The notes below the pieces were generated by a model. That model was given only the letters and a program-made list of their open reading frames with translations. It was not told the origin of the DNA and searched no databases. The position numbers and the translations under genes are program-made. Shown here in pieces: positions 1 to 13,007 of a DNA stretch of 64,000 nucleotides (position 1 is the stretch's first letter; every line of letters begins with the position of its first letter). Where the stretch lies: assembly GCA_965655095.1 (NCBI GenBank), contig OZ296654.1, forward strand, positions 49,910,001 through 49,974,000, written 5' to 3'. The DNA comes from Haplodiscus bocki. Taxonomy: Eukaryota.

Positions 1-3000
1 TTACAGCGGCTTAGTTTGAAGTTCCACGTTTAGAAATAAAGGTTTTGTAATTTCAAAGCAAGAAACAAAGTAAGGCTCAAGTTGTATTGCTAGCTTTGGG
101 AAGGTCCTCTTTATTCTGTATTCCACGTGCGAATAAATTACATGTTTGGCACACATCTTTTTGTTCATTCACGGTTCCAATATTTTCGGAGATGCACAAA
201 ATTTTTGACCACTTCCGATGCTCGAAGCTCCGAACTGTATCTTGGCATTAGTGGCTTTACCGGTTGAGCTCCTGCAGGTTGTGGAATTTCATTTACTAAA
301 CTGCAGTAGTGATTTTAATAAAGTGAACTCCTAAGCAAGAATCAGCGTTTTTGAAGCTCGAAATCTCGAAACTAATAGTTTCAGAAAAGTTGTAGGATCA
401 CGATTTTCTTAGGTCTTTCTTAAGATCTCAATGGTTTTTTTTTGTGAAAATTGGGCCGAGAGTTTGAGGCGCCATTTTTTGTTATTTTTCACAATGCTTG
501 GACTTTTTGTATTCTTTTTGGTGGTTAAATTAATTTATTTTCAGGATTTTTCTGACTAATTCGGTCTGCCACCAATCCCCCGAGAGCATGGTATTGAACT
601 TTTGATGAAATGATTTTCCGTTTTAGAAAATTCACGATTTTCGGATGCCGAAAACGCTATTTATTTGTATTATGATAAGGTGTAGCGATTTGACTTCCCT
701 CTATAGGCATGAATTTTCTTACAAGTAATGATTTTTCCAAGCATCAAATGTTTTAGGCCAGATTCAAAATTTGAAACTTGGATCTAGAAGTTTTTCTGTA
801 GCTTCTGTAGGTGATATTATTTTTCACAAAAAGCTCAAATTTGGCCAAGATTAGAGTGATCTTAAGCTTTTAACTTACGGTCCAATTTGAAAACAAAAAG
901 CACATTGAGTCTTATAAAAATCCAAGAAACTTTAACTTTTTACTTGAAACCATTGTGCTTTCAGAAAAATTTGCTCAATTTTTGCTCAAGAGTTCTTTCA
1001 AGTAAAATCAGTACTGTTGATAGCAAGAATTAAATTACCTATGTAGGTGCAAGTGTTGCGAAACGTTGCTTCTCTTCTGTGTTCCTTGGGAAATATCAAA
1101 AATGTCATCAAAGTTACTGTTTTGCGTAGAAACAGCTTTCAGCTTGATAGCCTTTTGATTGAGATGATTGAATTTTGCAAATTGGATTTGCACAGTTTTT
1201 CGAAAATGGTAGTTCCTCAATTTACGAAGCCAAGCCCCTCATTGTCCGTTCTTTCTTCGGCGATAACGCAATGCATAGAAAGTTTCTTCAGATAGGTTCA
1301 AACTGAGAACTGGTGGAAGTCGATGCCTCCATGAACTATGGACATGTCATGGGAAATTTTGAATTTTTTAAGTTTCTTTGATTTCGGTGTCTCAAAATCT
1401 TTTTTTTCTATTCTTACACAAGAGTGCCACTTATAAGACACCATCTGTGCTGTGAGCGAAGCAGAAACTATTCAGCTTTCGAAATTCACCGCGCAATTTG
1501 AGTATAAGACAACGTCATGATCTTATAACAGAGCTTAGTTAAAACCCGAAATAAACTAGAGAATGATTAGCAATAAAATATAAAGAGCAATAAAAAACAT
1601 TATTTGTATTGCTCTTTATTAGAGGCGGTAATAAGGTATATATGTTTATTGATATAGGATTTGCATGAAAAGCAGCTTAATGGTTAGATTAATACAAATA
1701 TGGCGACGGGAATGGGTATGAAACATGGTTGGTTGGTTATTTTGGGGCTATCTCAGTTCGTAGATAGGTTAGAATAGGTAATAACAAATGAGCTTTAATG
1801 GGACAGGCAGACAACGGTGAGAGATATTCGTATTGTAGTGATGGCTCAATGTGTATGTTGCTAAATGAAGTGTCCAAGATAATAGAGAAATTAAATTGAA
1901 ACAGGAGACAGACAGACACAGATCGAAAGACGGAAAAGGAAAACTGTATTAATGATGGAAAGAAGAATTCTGAAAGAGATAAATTGTTGATAGCATTGTG
2001 GTTGCTGAAGTGAATAATGAATGTATTTTCTTCTTATACCGCAGGACGGGCGCCGGATAAGCAGATCTACTTTTCACTCGAAAGTTCCGACAGCCCTTGA
2101 CGAAGTCTATTTCCCCATAGCGCAAACTACGTACCTTATTCGGCAAGCAATTTGTCCAGCAATGATCGACTGGCGACTGAAGCACCCGTGACATCCCGAA
2201 GGTCACAATGTTCTAACCTCATCTTCATTTTCATTATTTCCTCTTTTCACCTTCAACGTTTTTTTGTGTGTTTTTGTGGCATGACCACTACTTCTAAGCA
2301 AGGGACAAAAAATATTGTTCCAGGCCCAGCAGTAGTCAGTTGAAAGAGAATTAATCCTGTAATCGCCTCAGTGCAAGATGAAATTCAAAGCCACCACGCC
2401 CTGAATTTTATCAGATCAGAAGACATTCGAAGACTTCAGTTGTGCTGTTAATGTGTCTGCTGTTGATTGAAGAAGACATGATTGGGCTTTTTATCAGCTC
2501 CTTCCGATGAAACACGTGACCCTATTTTTGAAAACCTGTAGACAACGATTGACTGGAAATAAATAGAATTTGAATCAGAAAAAACGCATATGAACGTATT
2601 TTAATCGGCGCTTTACTCAAGCAAGTGAAAAGGGCGACTATTACAGTGCTTTTTTTCGTTGACCTTTAGGGCGGCTCAAACTCTGGCTTGTTAGCTTGTT
2701 TTTCTTGGATTTATAGGCTTAGATGTGGAGTTTGAGTTAGGGTTTTGCGATACTGGCGTCATGGACAAAACGGGGCTTAGTATGATTCAACTGCGCCGAA
2801 ACGAAGAGACACAGACCACATGCCAGTACCTACATGGATGTATAATACTGCTTGTGTCACTAACTGCTGCAGCCAAGCATCCAGAGGGGAGGGGCGGTGG
2901 GTGCACTAAAATTGGGGTAGAACGGGAGAAGATCAGTGTGTGTGTGTTGTTACGGTGAACCTTGAAGGGGTTGGAACTTTGGTATGTTCATCTACGATAA

Positions 3001-4489
3001 TTTAACAGCCTTCTGCCATCCCCAGAGCTGAAAGGGGTGTAAGTTAGGAAAGAGTAATAGAACAGGGCATTGAGAGCCGGCGCAAAGTTGAAAGATGGAG
3101 CAATGGAAATGAAGCAGTCAGAAAAGGTGTTGCGAAAAAGGTATTGCCGAACAAAAGTTGCAGTGGGTAAAACACAGCAAAGCCTGGCAAAGTGAAAGTA
3201 GAGGCCGAGATGGGACAAAAATGCAAGGCCAGACAAGGCAAGCTGGGTATGTGTTACATTATGACGTCGCTCATGCTGCTATGACGTCATCATTGGACGT
3301 ATCTAATTTTAGCCAGCCTGCTTCGCATCAGAAATGAAGTTCAGCTCAGTTGACTTGTAGTTGAGTTGGCTGGGTAAGAAGTCATAAACACAGACATGAT
3401 TAGAAAAGACTAGACGGGCAGGACATAAGTTGACAGAATCGGGCAGGAAGGTCTGTATACGTATGCGTCCGTGTCTATGAATGCAATTTAGTATTATCTC
3501 CATTTCCAACAGGGATAACATACACTATGGTAAGTGAGTAGAGAGACAGAGGAAGCGAATCACGCAATTCAGAGCACAAAAGTCGACGCCGCCGAGACGA
3601 AAAATTGTTGGTAGCATGGTAAAGTGCTGTGTTGAATGCTATGTCAAGGTAAGGTACGTACATTGGAAGCTGAAAAATCAGTGCAAAATAGAGCAGAAAA
3701 ATGAGAGGTTTGACATGGTTTACATTCACAAACACGCACATTAAGCATACACATAGACAAAAGCAGAAATTAGAGACATGGCATGAATATACATGGAATG
3801 GTATTCTATATATGGAAAATGACGGTTTTGATTTGAAAATAGAATAGCGACGGGCGAGGCCAACACCTATTTAATTTGATTCTTCTTGAAAAGCTGCGAC
3901 AGATTTTTCAAAAAGAACAGCATTTGAAGAGACCGCAGGCAGTTCTATAACGAGCCTGTAAAGATACTACTTTGATATACCGAAGAATAGCTGACAGTGT
4001 ACCTCAAAGTAAAAGAAGACTGCAGGCTGATTAGTGCAAGCATTGCCGTCGGTCAATTCTAGAACAAAAAAAAACAGGAAACATGATGAAGAAAGCAAAG
4101 ATTGGGAAATGAGACTAAACTGATACTGCTGCTGGCACTACTGAACAATACCACAACAAATACAAACAACACTAAACAAGCTAATAATTGTACTAGTAAT
4201 AGTAGAGTGACATGACATATGTTGGCAGTACAATACAGTCGGGTACATTTGTTACTATAAGTAACCGTAGTGTACCGTGTAATGTTAGATCTCCATATGT
4301 GGCTTCTTTTGGCTCCTAACCAAGATTTATCAACCCATGTTGCTGACAATCTTCTTGAAAACCAAGACCGACAAACACTTTCAAGAAAAAGTGCTTTCAC
4401 AATCATCTTCAGAATAAATTGCAATTTTAGCCACTGGTACTTCATTTCTTGTTTAATTTATTCATGTTTGATCGATTGATTGATTAAGT

Positions 4490-4895
4490 ACACTTGCGCG
4501 AATAAGTGTTAGATTACAGGTTTTTGACACTGTTTTTTTCCGATCCGTTCACAACTCGCATTTGTTCCCTGGTTGTATTGTTCCTAGATTTTATTCATGT
4601 GCTCTCGCTTTCTTGCAAACTTTGTTCATGCGCTTTTGCAGAAATTTGTTCACGTGGCCAATTTTCCAGCCTGCACGCTTGCTTTTTCAAAATATAACGA
4701 GATTTAACTGCTATAGCCGTTCGTACTTGTTTTCAAATTTATACGAATTAGTTGAGTTATTCATTTTCCGTTTAATTGTTTAATCAGTTGTTTTCATTGT
4801 ACCGCGGCGCCTTTAAAGCTCAATGATATTTGTTCGACTTGTTTACTAGTACTGTTGGCGCCAGTGTTACGAAGCAGAGCTTCGCTGTAGTGTTT
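4490..4895 (+). mobile_element. Repeat family A copy
   Basis: Colinear with 62960..63325; 3' hairpin CGAAGCAGAGCTTCG. Confidence 0.75.
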
Positions 4896-5857
4896 ACTGT
4901 GATTGATCGATTGATTGATAATTGATGAGAGGAAAGATGAATTGAGGAAGAGTATAATCGGTACCAATTCTGCAAGGTAACCGATTTGTCTTAATTTATT
5001 TGATTGGATTGGAATCGACTTCCTGTTTCTTGACTTGACTTGCGTTGTTTTGTCCCCTACCCTAAGCACCCCCACCCGTATGCTAGTATCAGCTCTTGCA
5101 TATGCCATCACCACGGGCTATGAAGATACCTCATCACTTACTTAGCATGCCAAATTGAACTGCAAAAAGAGCCAGAGTATCAAAAGAAGCCAGGAAGAAC
5201 TGGAAAAGGTTTCCAATGCGGATCGAGACTAAAAGCATCCAGATATCTTGTGTTAATCTGTCATGTCTATGGGAAATGCCTTAAACAATTGAACAACATT
5301 CCTTAGAAGTAGAGAAGTCAATCAAGCCCGGATAGAGCACCGTATTGGAGTACCTAAATGTATGCTATACTGAACACCTATACTACAGAATATTAAAGCG
5401 GTTGTCATTTAATTGAGTTATTTTGCATTATCTGCTCCTTTACTAGCACTGATTTCTGTTTTTCTTTGACTAAAATACCTGTAAATGTACCCTGTACCTA
5501 AGCTACCTTACCTTACAGCAGCCCGTACCTCATTATTGATTGATTGAAATTCATGTGAAGTCTCCTCATAAAAGTGTCATTCGTTCACTTTCGCCTGACG
5601 TTTTTATCACATTATTGGTACTGCATTTACATTACTATATCTACCGTACTAGCTAGTACCACTGTTTGGTTGTTCTGTGTTGTATTTCTGCTCTGATTTA
5701 TTATTGATTGATTCATAATGTAATGTTCCTTTTTACTCTTTTTGTCGTGATTTTGATTTTCTGATTGCTTCAAAATTCTAAATCTGACTCTTTTTGTTAT
5801 GTTAGTACTTCTGCTTGTTAGGCTTTCGGCGTATCTAAATGCCTTATATATTTTACT

Positions 5858-6300
5858 TTTTTTCTTCGCACTTCGCAAACGCTCTTGACATTGACCGACT
5901 GAACGAGGCTGAGCGCTGAAGTGAACCGTTTAATTTCTTCTGACTATTTACTTTCACTTTTTGTATATACTTTCTACCGGTTTCCCCAGCTAGAGACAAT
6001 GTCACTGTTTACTCTTGCATTTCAAGTACTTGATTTGAATATTCTCAAATTTGTCAATTTAATTCGCATAAAATTTTTTAAAATGGTGACTAATCATGGC
6101 GTCAAAAAATTCAAAAAGAAACTATTCAGAGTGGTGAAATTGACCAGTAGAATTTCGAAAGCGAAGTTTTTGACTCTTTGAAAAGTGCAATTTTTCGACG
6201 TGATTGGACTTTTTGCTAAATTCGCTCAATCGCAAGTTTTTTTCATCATTGTAAGTTCTTAGCGCTTAATGGCTAGCATCCTTGATGCCTATGTTTTTTC
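5858..6300 (+). mobile_element. Repeat family B (ends in GCATC-CTT-GATGC hairpin then CTATGTTTTT)
   Basis: Shared blocks with 32264..32745 and 58810..59195 (TTCTTCGCACTT, AATATTCTCAAA, GCTTAATG..GCATCCTTGATGC). Confidence 0.65.
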
Positions 6301-9300
6301 TTTTATAATCTCGAGGAAACCGAAAAGAAGTATTGACAATTTCATTTGGCAGGATCAGAGGAGGGAGAAAAACTATGGCTTATCAGTTGAACTTATCTAC
6401 TTTTCCTAAAATACCGTATACTATACCCGTAATTTATATTCCTATTGATTATTACATTAACCTTGTTTTATTGTCGGATATTTACATTTTTTTTCAGAGC
6501 TTTTTTTCTTTCAAAAAAAATCTTTTCTGTTGGCTGCGTTAGTATTAGTTTGTCGGCTGTCGTGCCAATCAAAAATAATGAATCTGATCATGTATGATAG
6601 GTGAATGATGATTGGTTGTTTCGGGTATGATATACTACCTATGCCACCTCTCTTCAATTCACAGGGTAAAGTCTCACTTTCTGTTCCAATTCAAATCCAA
6701 TCCAATTTCAGAAGAGAGCAAAGAAGAAAAGTTTAGACGGGGAGGTGGTGTATGTAGAGATTAATTGACAAGGGAAGCCTCTAAGACAGCTCTTCGCAAT
6801 CAGATACCGTATATTTAACCAGAACAGACCAGAAAGTAGATTATTAACAAAATTCAGTGAGTTGAGTTGGTATTACTCGTGTTACCATTTTATCTGCCAA
6901 CTTTCTTACGTTCCGTTCTGTTTCCACGTGTGTCTGTCTGTCATGTCCCCAAGAAACGGTATTAATGATGTTATTTATTTGATTGACGACTTCTTGCTTC
7001 TCCACCTTCCACTTTAGTTTAACTCTTGTAATTAACTTCATTTCATCCATCATTTTCTTGTCTGTTTATCTGCGAGTTCTAATTCTTCGTATGTCGAGTC
7101 TTAACTTGGGCAGAGAGCGGGCAGATAACACACTGGGTTGAGTTATTTTAGTTAAAGACGTCATTAGTGACAAGATTTAACTAACTAGAAACAATAGATC
7201 AATACTTGTCATGCCATGTCAGTGTCACTCACTACACGTACATGTTCCACAAATGTAATCGATCAACGAAAAACAATCACTGCCCGCCTCTCTTGACGTG
7301 TTCCATCTATCTTCATTTCATCATCATCCTTATCCTCTCATTATAACACATTCATCACATTTTTCTCGCCACACTTTCCCCCCACTTCATTTTCATTTTT
7401 GAACATTATAATATTTGATTGTTGTGGGTACAGCCACCATCTGATTTGTGTAGTAGCAAACAGTCACCGTGAAACAAGTGAAACTCTCTGTTTTTACCTC
7501 TCCTAAATAATCTTCGTTTCCTGTCATCACCATGTCAGCCATGCCATGCCATGCCAGTACAATTTGTCTAAGTTCGCTGTCGTAGTAGCCATCGCTTGGT
7601 AGTATTCGTTCCGTGTGATGCTTCTAATTTTTTTCTAATTATCATCTTTTACTCTTATAATTAACGAGTCATTGTGTTGTTAATAAATTGGTTAGTTGCT
7701 TTACGTAAAATTTTGAACCAAATGACATAAAACCACAAAACATACATTCAATTGAGTTCCCAGAAAACAACAAGCCAAGAATAACCGGAGTCGGCGCTGC
7801 ACATATGGCCCAGAGTACTCAGAGTTGATTTTGCTGTCTGAAAATCAAATTGTGTTTTATTTTTTTTTTGGTATAAAATGCTAGAAAACATAGCTTATGC
7901 TGGGATTCGAATCCGCTACTTGTATGTCTATTTGGCAGATTTTATAAGGGGTATCTGGAAAAAATTTTGGACACGTCTAAAAAACTTTTCCCGAAAAGAG
8001 GTAGGTTTCTGGTATAGTTTCCGGTATAAAATGTAACAATGGGAGTATCGCGAGCATTCGAAACGTTCGACACCATTGGGGAAGGACAGTCACTTGAGAA
8101 AATGCAACAATGGTCGAATTGGATCAGTTTGATGTGAGCTATGTCATCAAAAAAGCAAAAGCCACTTCAGTAATCGGCCTCTCTACTAAAAGTACAGCGC
8201 CAATTTAAAATGAGTTGACTTCCCACCAATCCCAAAGCAAAAGTTTAAGTAAGGGCGGAAAAGTGCGTCGATATCTGGAAATACTTGTTTTATACTCTTT
8301 TTATGTATAAAATGTGTCATTGCTTCGTTTGGGATTAATTATTTTTTACATGAGCAAAGAATTGTGATTTTCAAATGTTCAGAATTTTTATGTTTAGTGG
8401 GAACTGAACTTGTTTTCCGGGAACTAAGCTGATTTTGCGTTTAGCGGTCTTATATCATTTGGGAAGAAACTGACCAAAAATGACGCTGGTAACCTCGTAC
8501 TGCATTAAATACTCTTTTTCAATCAAAATACACGATTTAACCGGCCTGCGAGTTTTTTTTGGAAAACCAAAAATCTCGACTGAGGGTTTTAGAATACACA
8601 ATGACCCAGACTTTTGACTTATCATTGGTTTTTGGTCTCCCAGAAAAATAATCACACTTTGTACCTTGATCGCAAGACAGACTTCTTCCACTACGTTGTG
8701 AAAAGTTTATAAATGTTGCTAATTTTGGATGAATTAGCATTGTTTCGGTCATTTTTATCAAAAACAGTGCTGCCACATTAGTTTTTGTGATAGGTTTGAT
8801 TACACTGAGTTTTCGAAATTTACTGAAATTTGAGAATCACGTAGAGACTCACCTGTCTTGTTGTATATGTAGTGTGTTTCTATAAACAAGATTTACATTC
8901 TGCTTTTCTTAAAATATCACTTGAAACTGAAAGGAAAACAGCATCATCGTTAGATCGTCCAAAACAACTAAGAATAAATAAAACTGACTAATTCGTTTGA
9001 GGTTTGTGAGAGTTTCGAAGTGGGCGCATTTTCCTGTTTGATCTGTCGAGGTTAAACATAAGTGTTCACATAGTACGGATAGCATGTTCTGTTTTCATCT
9101 TACATCATATCCTTATCTACTCCACTCCAAGCTGGCCATCTGTAGTGAAGTAAAATATAAAAAGTGAATCCAAGACCGGCAATGCAATAATAAATACACA
9201 AGACAAGTTGTATTTGTCTCAGTTGTTTACCACGACAGTGACTGCTACAGTTCTGCCTCTGTGCTGATTCTTCTGTTGTTTCTTCTGCTACTGCTTTGCT

Positions 9301-12300
9301 GTTGTTGTTTTTCCTTTTTTCACATCTTTCTCAGCATCTCTCCGTTTTCTTTTTCTTGTTCTCTATTTAGTTTCAAATTATCTTCCTCTTTTGCTAGTGA
9401 ATTGACTGTCATTTGCAGTACATAAATCACAGTGCATCATTATTGCATTGTCATTTTTTCTCTTGTTCCCTTCACGTTCCTCAATTGCCAACCCTGAAAA
9501 TTGTTGTTGTTTTCTTTTATGTTAACTCTTATAACTACTACGATTGTCGTTCCAATGTTCCCATATTTCCATGCCCCTACTCCTTACCCCCCCCCCCCCC
9601 CCTGTTGTCCCACCTTTGCTTCAGCCTCCCTTATTCCACTCAGCTACCGGCGGCCCACAAACAGTAAGAATGTCCCACTTTGCCCCTGTACCTCAAACCT
9701 ACCAACCATTAAGCTCCCTGTTCAATCTCTTCCCTCTATAGACTAAGTGGTCTCTCTTCCCATGCTGCTTCGCCTGTTCATAATTGCTTCTCTAGTTTTC
9801 ACAATTCACCCTCTTGTTGTGTTCAACTAGGGTGGGGTAGATGTAAGTGGGGGCCCACTTACGGGCAAGAGCTGAGGTAAAGAGTACATTGAAAAAATTC
9901 AGCAAACCAACAGTTTCCCATTTTTTTTTACAATCATAGAACCTCTTCACTGAATGTCGTTAGCATACTTCTGTACTATGCTCCATGTCTCCTTATGTGT
10001 ATGTATAATGCAATGTACTGCAAGTATTGTTCAAATGAAGTGAATGGAATAGAATGGAAGAAAAAAGGAAAATAGAGAGTAACGATAAAATTGGAGAAAT
10101 CTCCAACAACAATTTCCTGCTCGGTCTACACTACTGATTGCAGTATTCTCGTCTTCCATCATTTGCCAACATCCTGTTTTGTTTTCCTTTCTCCTCCCAT
10201 CCCTTATACTCTATCATTGTTTTTTTCCTTTCGCCCATTTTTGACTTTTTTCTTGCTCAACCCTGCTCAATTCTCAAACATATACAATTCCTGAATACTG
10301 TCAGAACTGCTGGCCGTGTAGTGGTTTGAAACCCTGTCAACATTTAGTTCAACTGCGTTACTTCTTCGCTCTAGTTGATTGTATTGTCTTATTAATTCAC
10401 AACTAAGACCAGTTGAGTCCACTAATCAACACACAGTTCTAGGAAAACACTGGTCCCTGGTCACAAATTGTGAAGGGGGTCTCATAAAGCTTCGAGAATT
10501 CCCGCGTATTTGGGAAGGTTTTAGTGCACAAAATATTTGGCGCTTTCTTGAGGAAAATGTATCTCGAAAATTGAAGCGATGGTTCATTTTTACGAGCGAG
10601 GATTTTTTTCCGGGAAATATAAGATATCGTGCAGTTTTTTTTACGTTAAAAATCCTCATTTTAGAAATCATTTTTCTGAAAAAAGTATTTGTTTTCAATG
10701 TAGGTGTTACTGAAAGCTACCAATATATAGTTTAAATTTTATGATCCACAAATGATGGTCCAAAGGTGGCAAAAACACCTAGAATTTTGCTTTTCGTCCA
10801 TTTTAAAATGAGGTGCTTTTCCGAAGTTTTGTTTCTTTTTTAAAAATGACGGTCCAAAGATAGCTTCAAAAGCATGTGACGTCGATTGCAGTCTTTCTTA
10901 GGACTTCGAAAAATTTAATTTTACGAAGTACTCATGGTTTTACTCGGTTTTCGTTGTTTTTGACACTTTTTCTTACAACATTTTGCAACCTCCTCAGGAA
11001 AAAATTGCTGCGACATTTGAAAATTTTTGATTTTTTTCAAAAAAGCAGCAAAGCTGCGTGGCAGTACAGGATTGATCACACGTACCATTGTAGCGTTGAG
11101 CGTGCGCACATAAAGTAAAGATTTTTTTTGGTGTTCCCCTGGCAATATGCTTGTAAAAATCAAAGCCTGGGAAATTTTGAAGTCATTAGCGCAATTCGCG
11201 GCAAAACAGAATAAGGGATCAGAGGGGACCCTATGGTTATCCCAAAAATTTCGCGAAAATTCTCCGCCTTCAGTGGCAATTGTTTCAAAATGGTTTTTCT
11301 CTCAAACTACTCTCACTCAATTCCTTTCGTTTATGGCTTAATCGGCAGCTGAGTATACTGGTTTTTTAGAATTAGTGGGGATGTTTTTCGAGATTTTCAT
11401 CTTCCAGACTCGATGGTCTAAACTTTGCTATGAATGCATATGATCCCGATTTTTGCCAATCTTCCCTAAGGTTCTCTTTAAGTACCGACGTCATTTTCAT
11501 TTAGGGCTGAATCGGAAGCATTTTTTGTTGACTCATTCAGGTGGAGCAGGTTTTGACTTTTTATTTCTTTTTCTAGAATTAGAAATGAGTATCCAAAAAT
11601 TGCTTGAAAATAAGTGTATGATGTCGATCTCAATCAGTTTTCAAACTGGTTGTTCTCTTAAACTTATTCACTCAATTTCTTTCGAGTGGTTATTCAAAAT
11701 CCCATTCTGTGTAGATTGAGTTAACTGGTGACTGTCTTTTGTTAATACAATATTTTTCATCGCATTGTTCAACCGAAATCAATTTGTCAGTTTCAAAAAA
11801 TTTTCATTTTGATAATCTAATTACAACAAATTTGAGTTGAAAGTTTTGAACGTTGTACCAACTAAGCGATTTCTACCTTCAAACCGTTTTAAGAAATAGA
11901 AATGGTGCGAGTTTTTTGCTTTGAATTTCATCAACCTTTCAACTTTCGTTTTTCCAAAAAAATGAGATGGTGGAAAATTTATATGCTTCAAGTGAAGTGA
12001 AATGGTATCTTAATACATGCAAATTGTGAGTTCGCCAGAACGTGATCAGCGTAAGGTCTATGATTACATCGTTGGATTTACACTATCGAGATTATTAGTG
12101 CTTTTGAGACCAAAGTTTTCCGACTCCTGTTTGTATGGACTTTTTGTCTGCACCGAAACGACTTACGTTCTTTCAGTGGTATGACGGACTAATGATTCAA
12201 AGTTTTTGCCAAGAACTGCTCGTTCAAACGGTGTGTGCTTTCAAACGAAGCTTTATTTCAATTTGCTGTTGCGATCTTGTTGTAGATATTTCTACCATAA

Positions 12301-12314
12301 CATATTTTCTGTTT

Positions 12315-12472
12315 ACACTTCCGCAAGCAATTGTTTATGACAGTCTTCTATTTCTGTTTTTCTGATCCGTTCACAACCGACGTAAGTTCCTAGATTTTGA
12401 CCAAAGAGGAGGGAGTGGCATAGGCTCGAACATCGGACTGTTCAAGCCGCAGTCGCATGCTCTGCGACCAAG
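12315..12472 (+). mobile_element. Repeat family A variant, 5' part with tRNA-derived segment
   Basis: ACACTTCCGCAAGCAATTGT..GATCCGTTCACAAC..CTAGATTTTGACCAAAG..GGCTCGAAC..AGTCGCATGCTCT, matching 17600..17680. Confidence 0.65.
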
Positions 12473-12588
12473 TTCAGAAGAATTGTGACGTCTGTTTTTC
12501 TAACATACCCTAATTTGAGAGCTGAAATTTTGACTATACATCGTTTTTTTAAGGTCACCTAGTGTATTAAAAATCATTTTACTTTCAG

Positions 12589-13007
12589 TTAATTTGGCTG
12601 TGCAATTTGTGCAAAAAGAAACAAGACTTGTTGGCCAAAAGTGGTAAATGGATGCGAAGTACCACTAGTGCAATTACTGCCACGACCAATACAGCCACTG
12701 ATTCAACTGCTGCTGCAAGTAACAACACTTCTACTTCCACGACAACACTCACTTCTACAACAGCCAGTAGCTGCGCTGCTGCTGTCTCCTCCAATCACAA
12801 TGCTCTACCGTTTTTGAACCAATCAAATGCCAATGCTGCTGTGATTGGAGCAGGAGGAGGAGGCATTGGCCCCAAAAGTGATGAGCAGCAGCAGTCTCTG
12901 GGAGGTGGTGTCGGTTTCGGATCTGGAGGTCAACAGTATCAGCAACATCAGACTCTGAATGTCAGTAACCAATTGGATCAGCAACAACAGCAGTACTATG
13001 ATCAAGG
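12589..13007 (+). CDS. RIMS: RIM exon: C-terminal half of zinc finger plus T/S/Q-rich tail
   Basis: tttcag acceptor; LIWLCNLCKKKQDLLAKSGKW resembles RIM1 VMWVCNLCRKQQEILTKSGAW; donor gtttga, phase 2. Confidence 0.9.

Noticed and set aside
1035-1330. Possible LINE RT remnant on the minus strand (RKLRNYHFR)
   Set aside because: Similarity too weak to support by eye
2045-2201. Possible upstream RIM coding exon (CCGCAG acceptor)
   Set aside because: No zinc-finger or Rab3-binding similarity in any frame, and stops occur in all frames; at most a UTR exon
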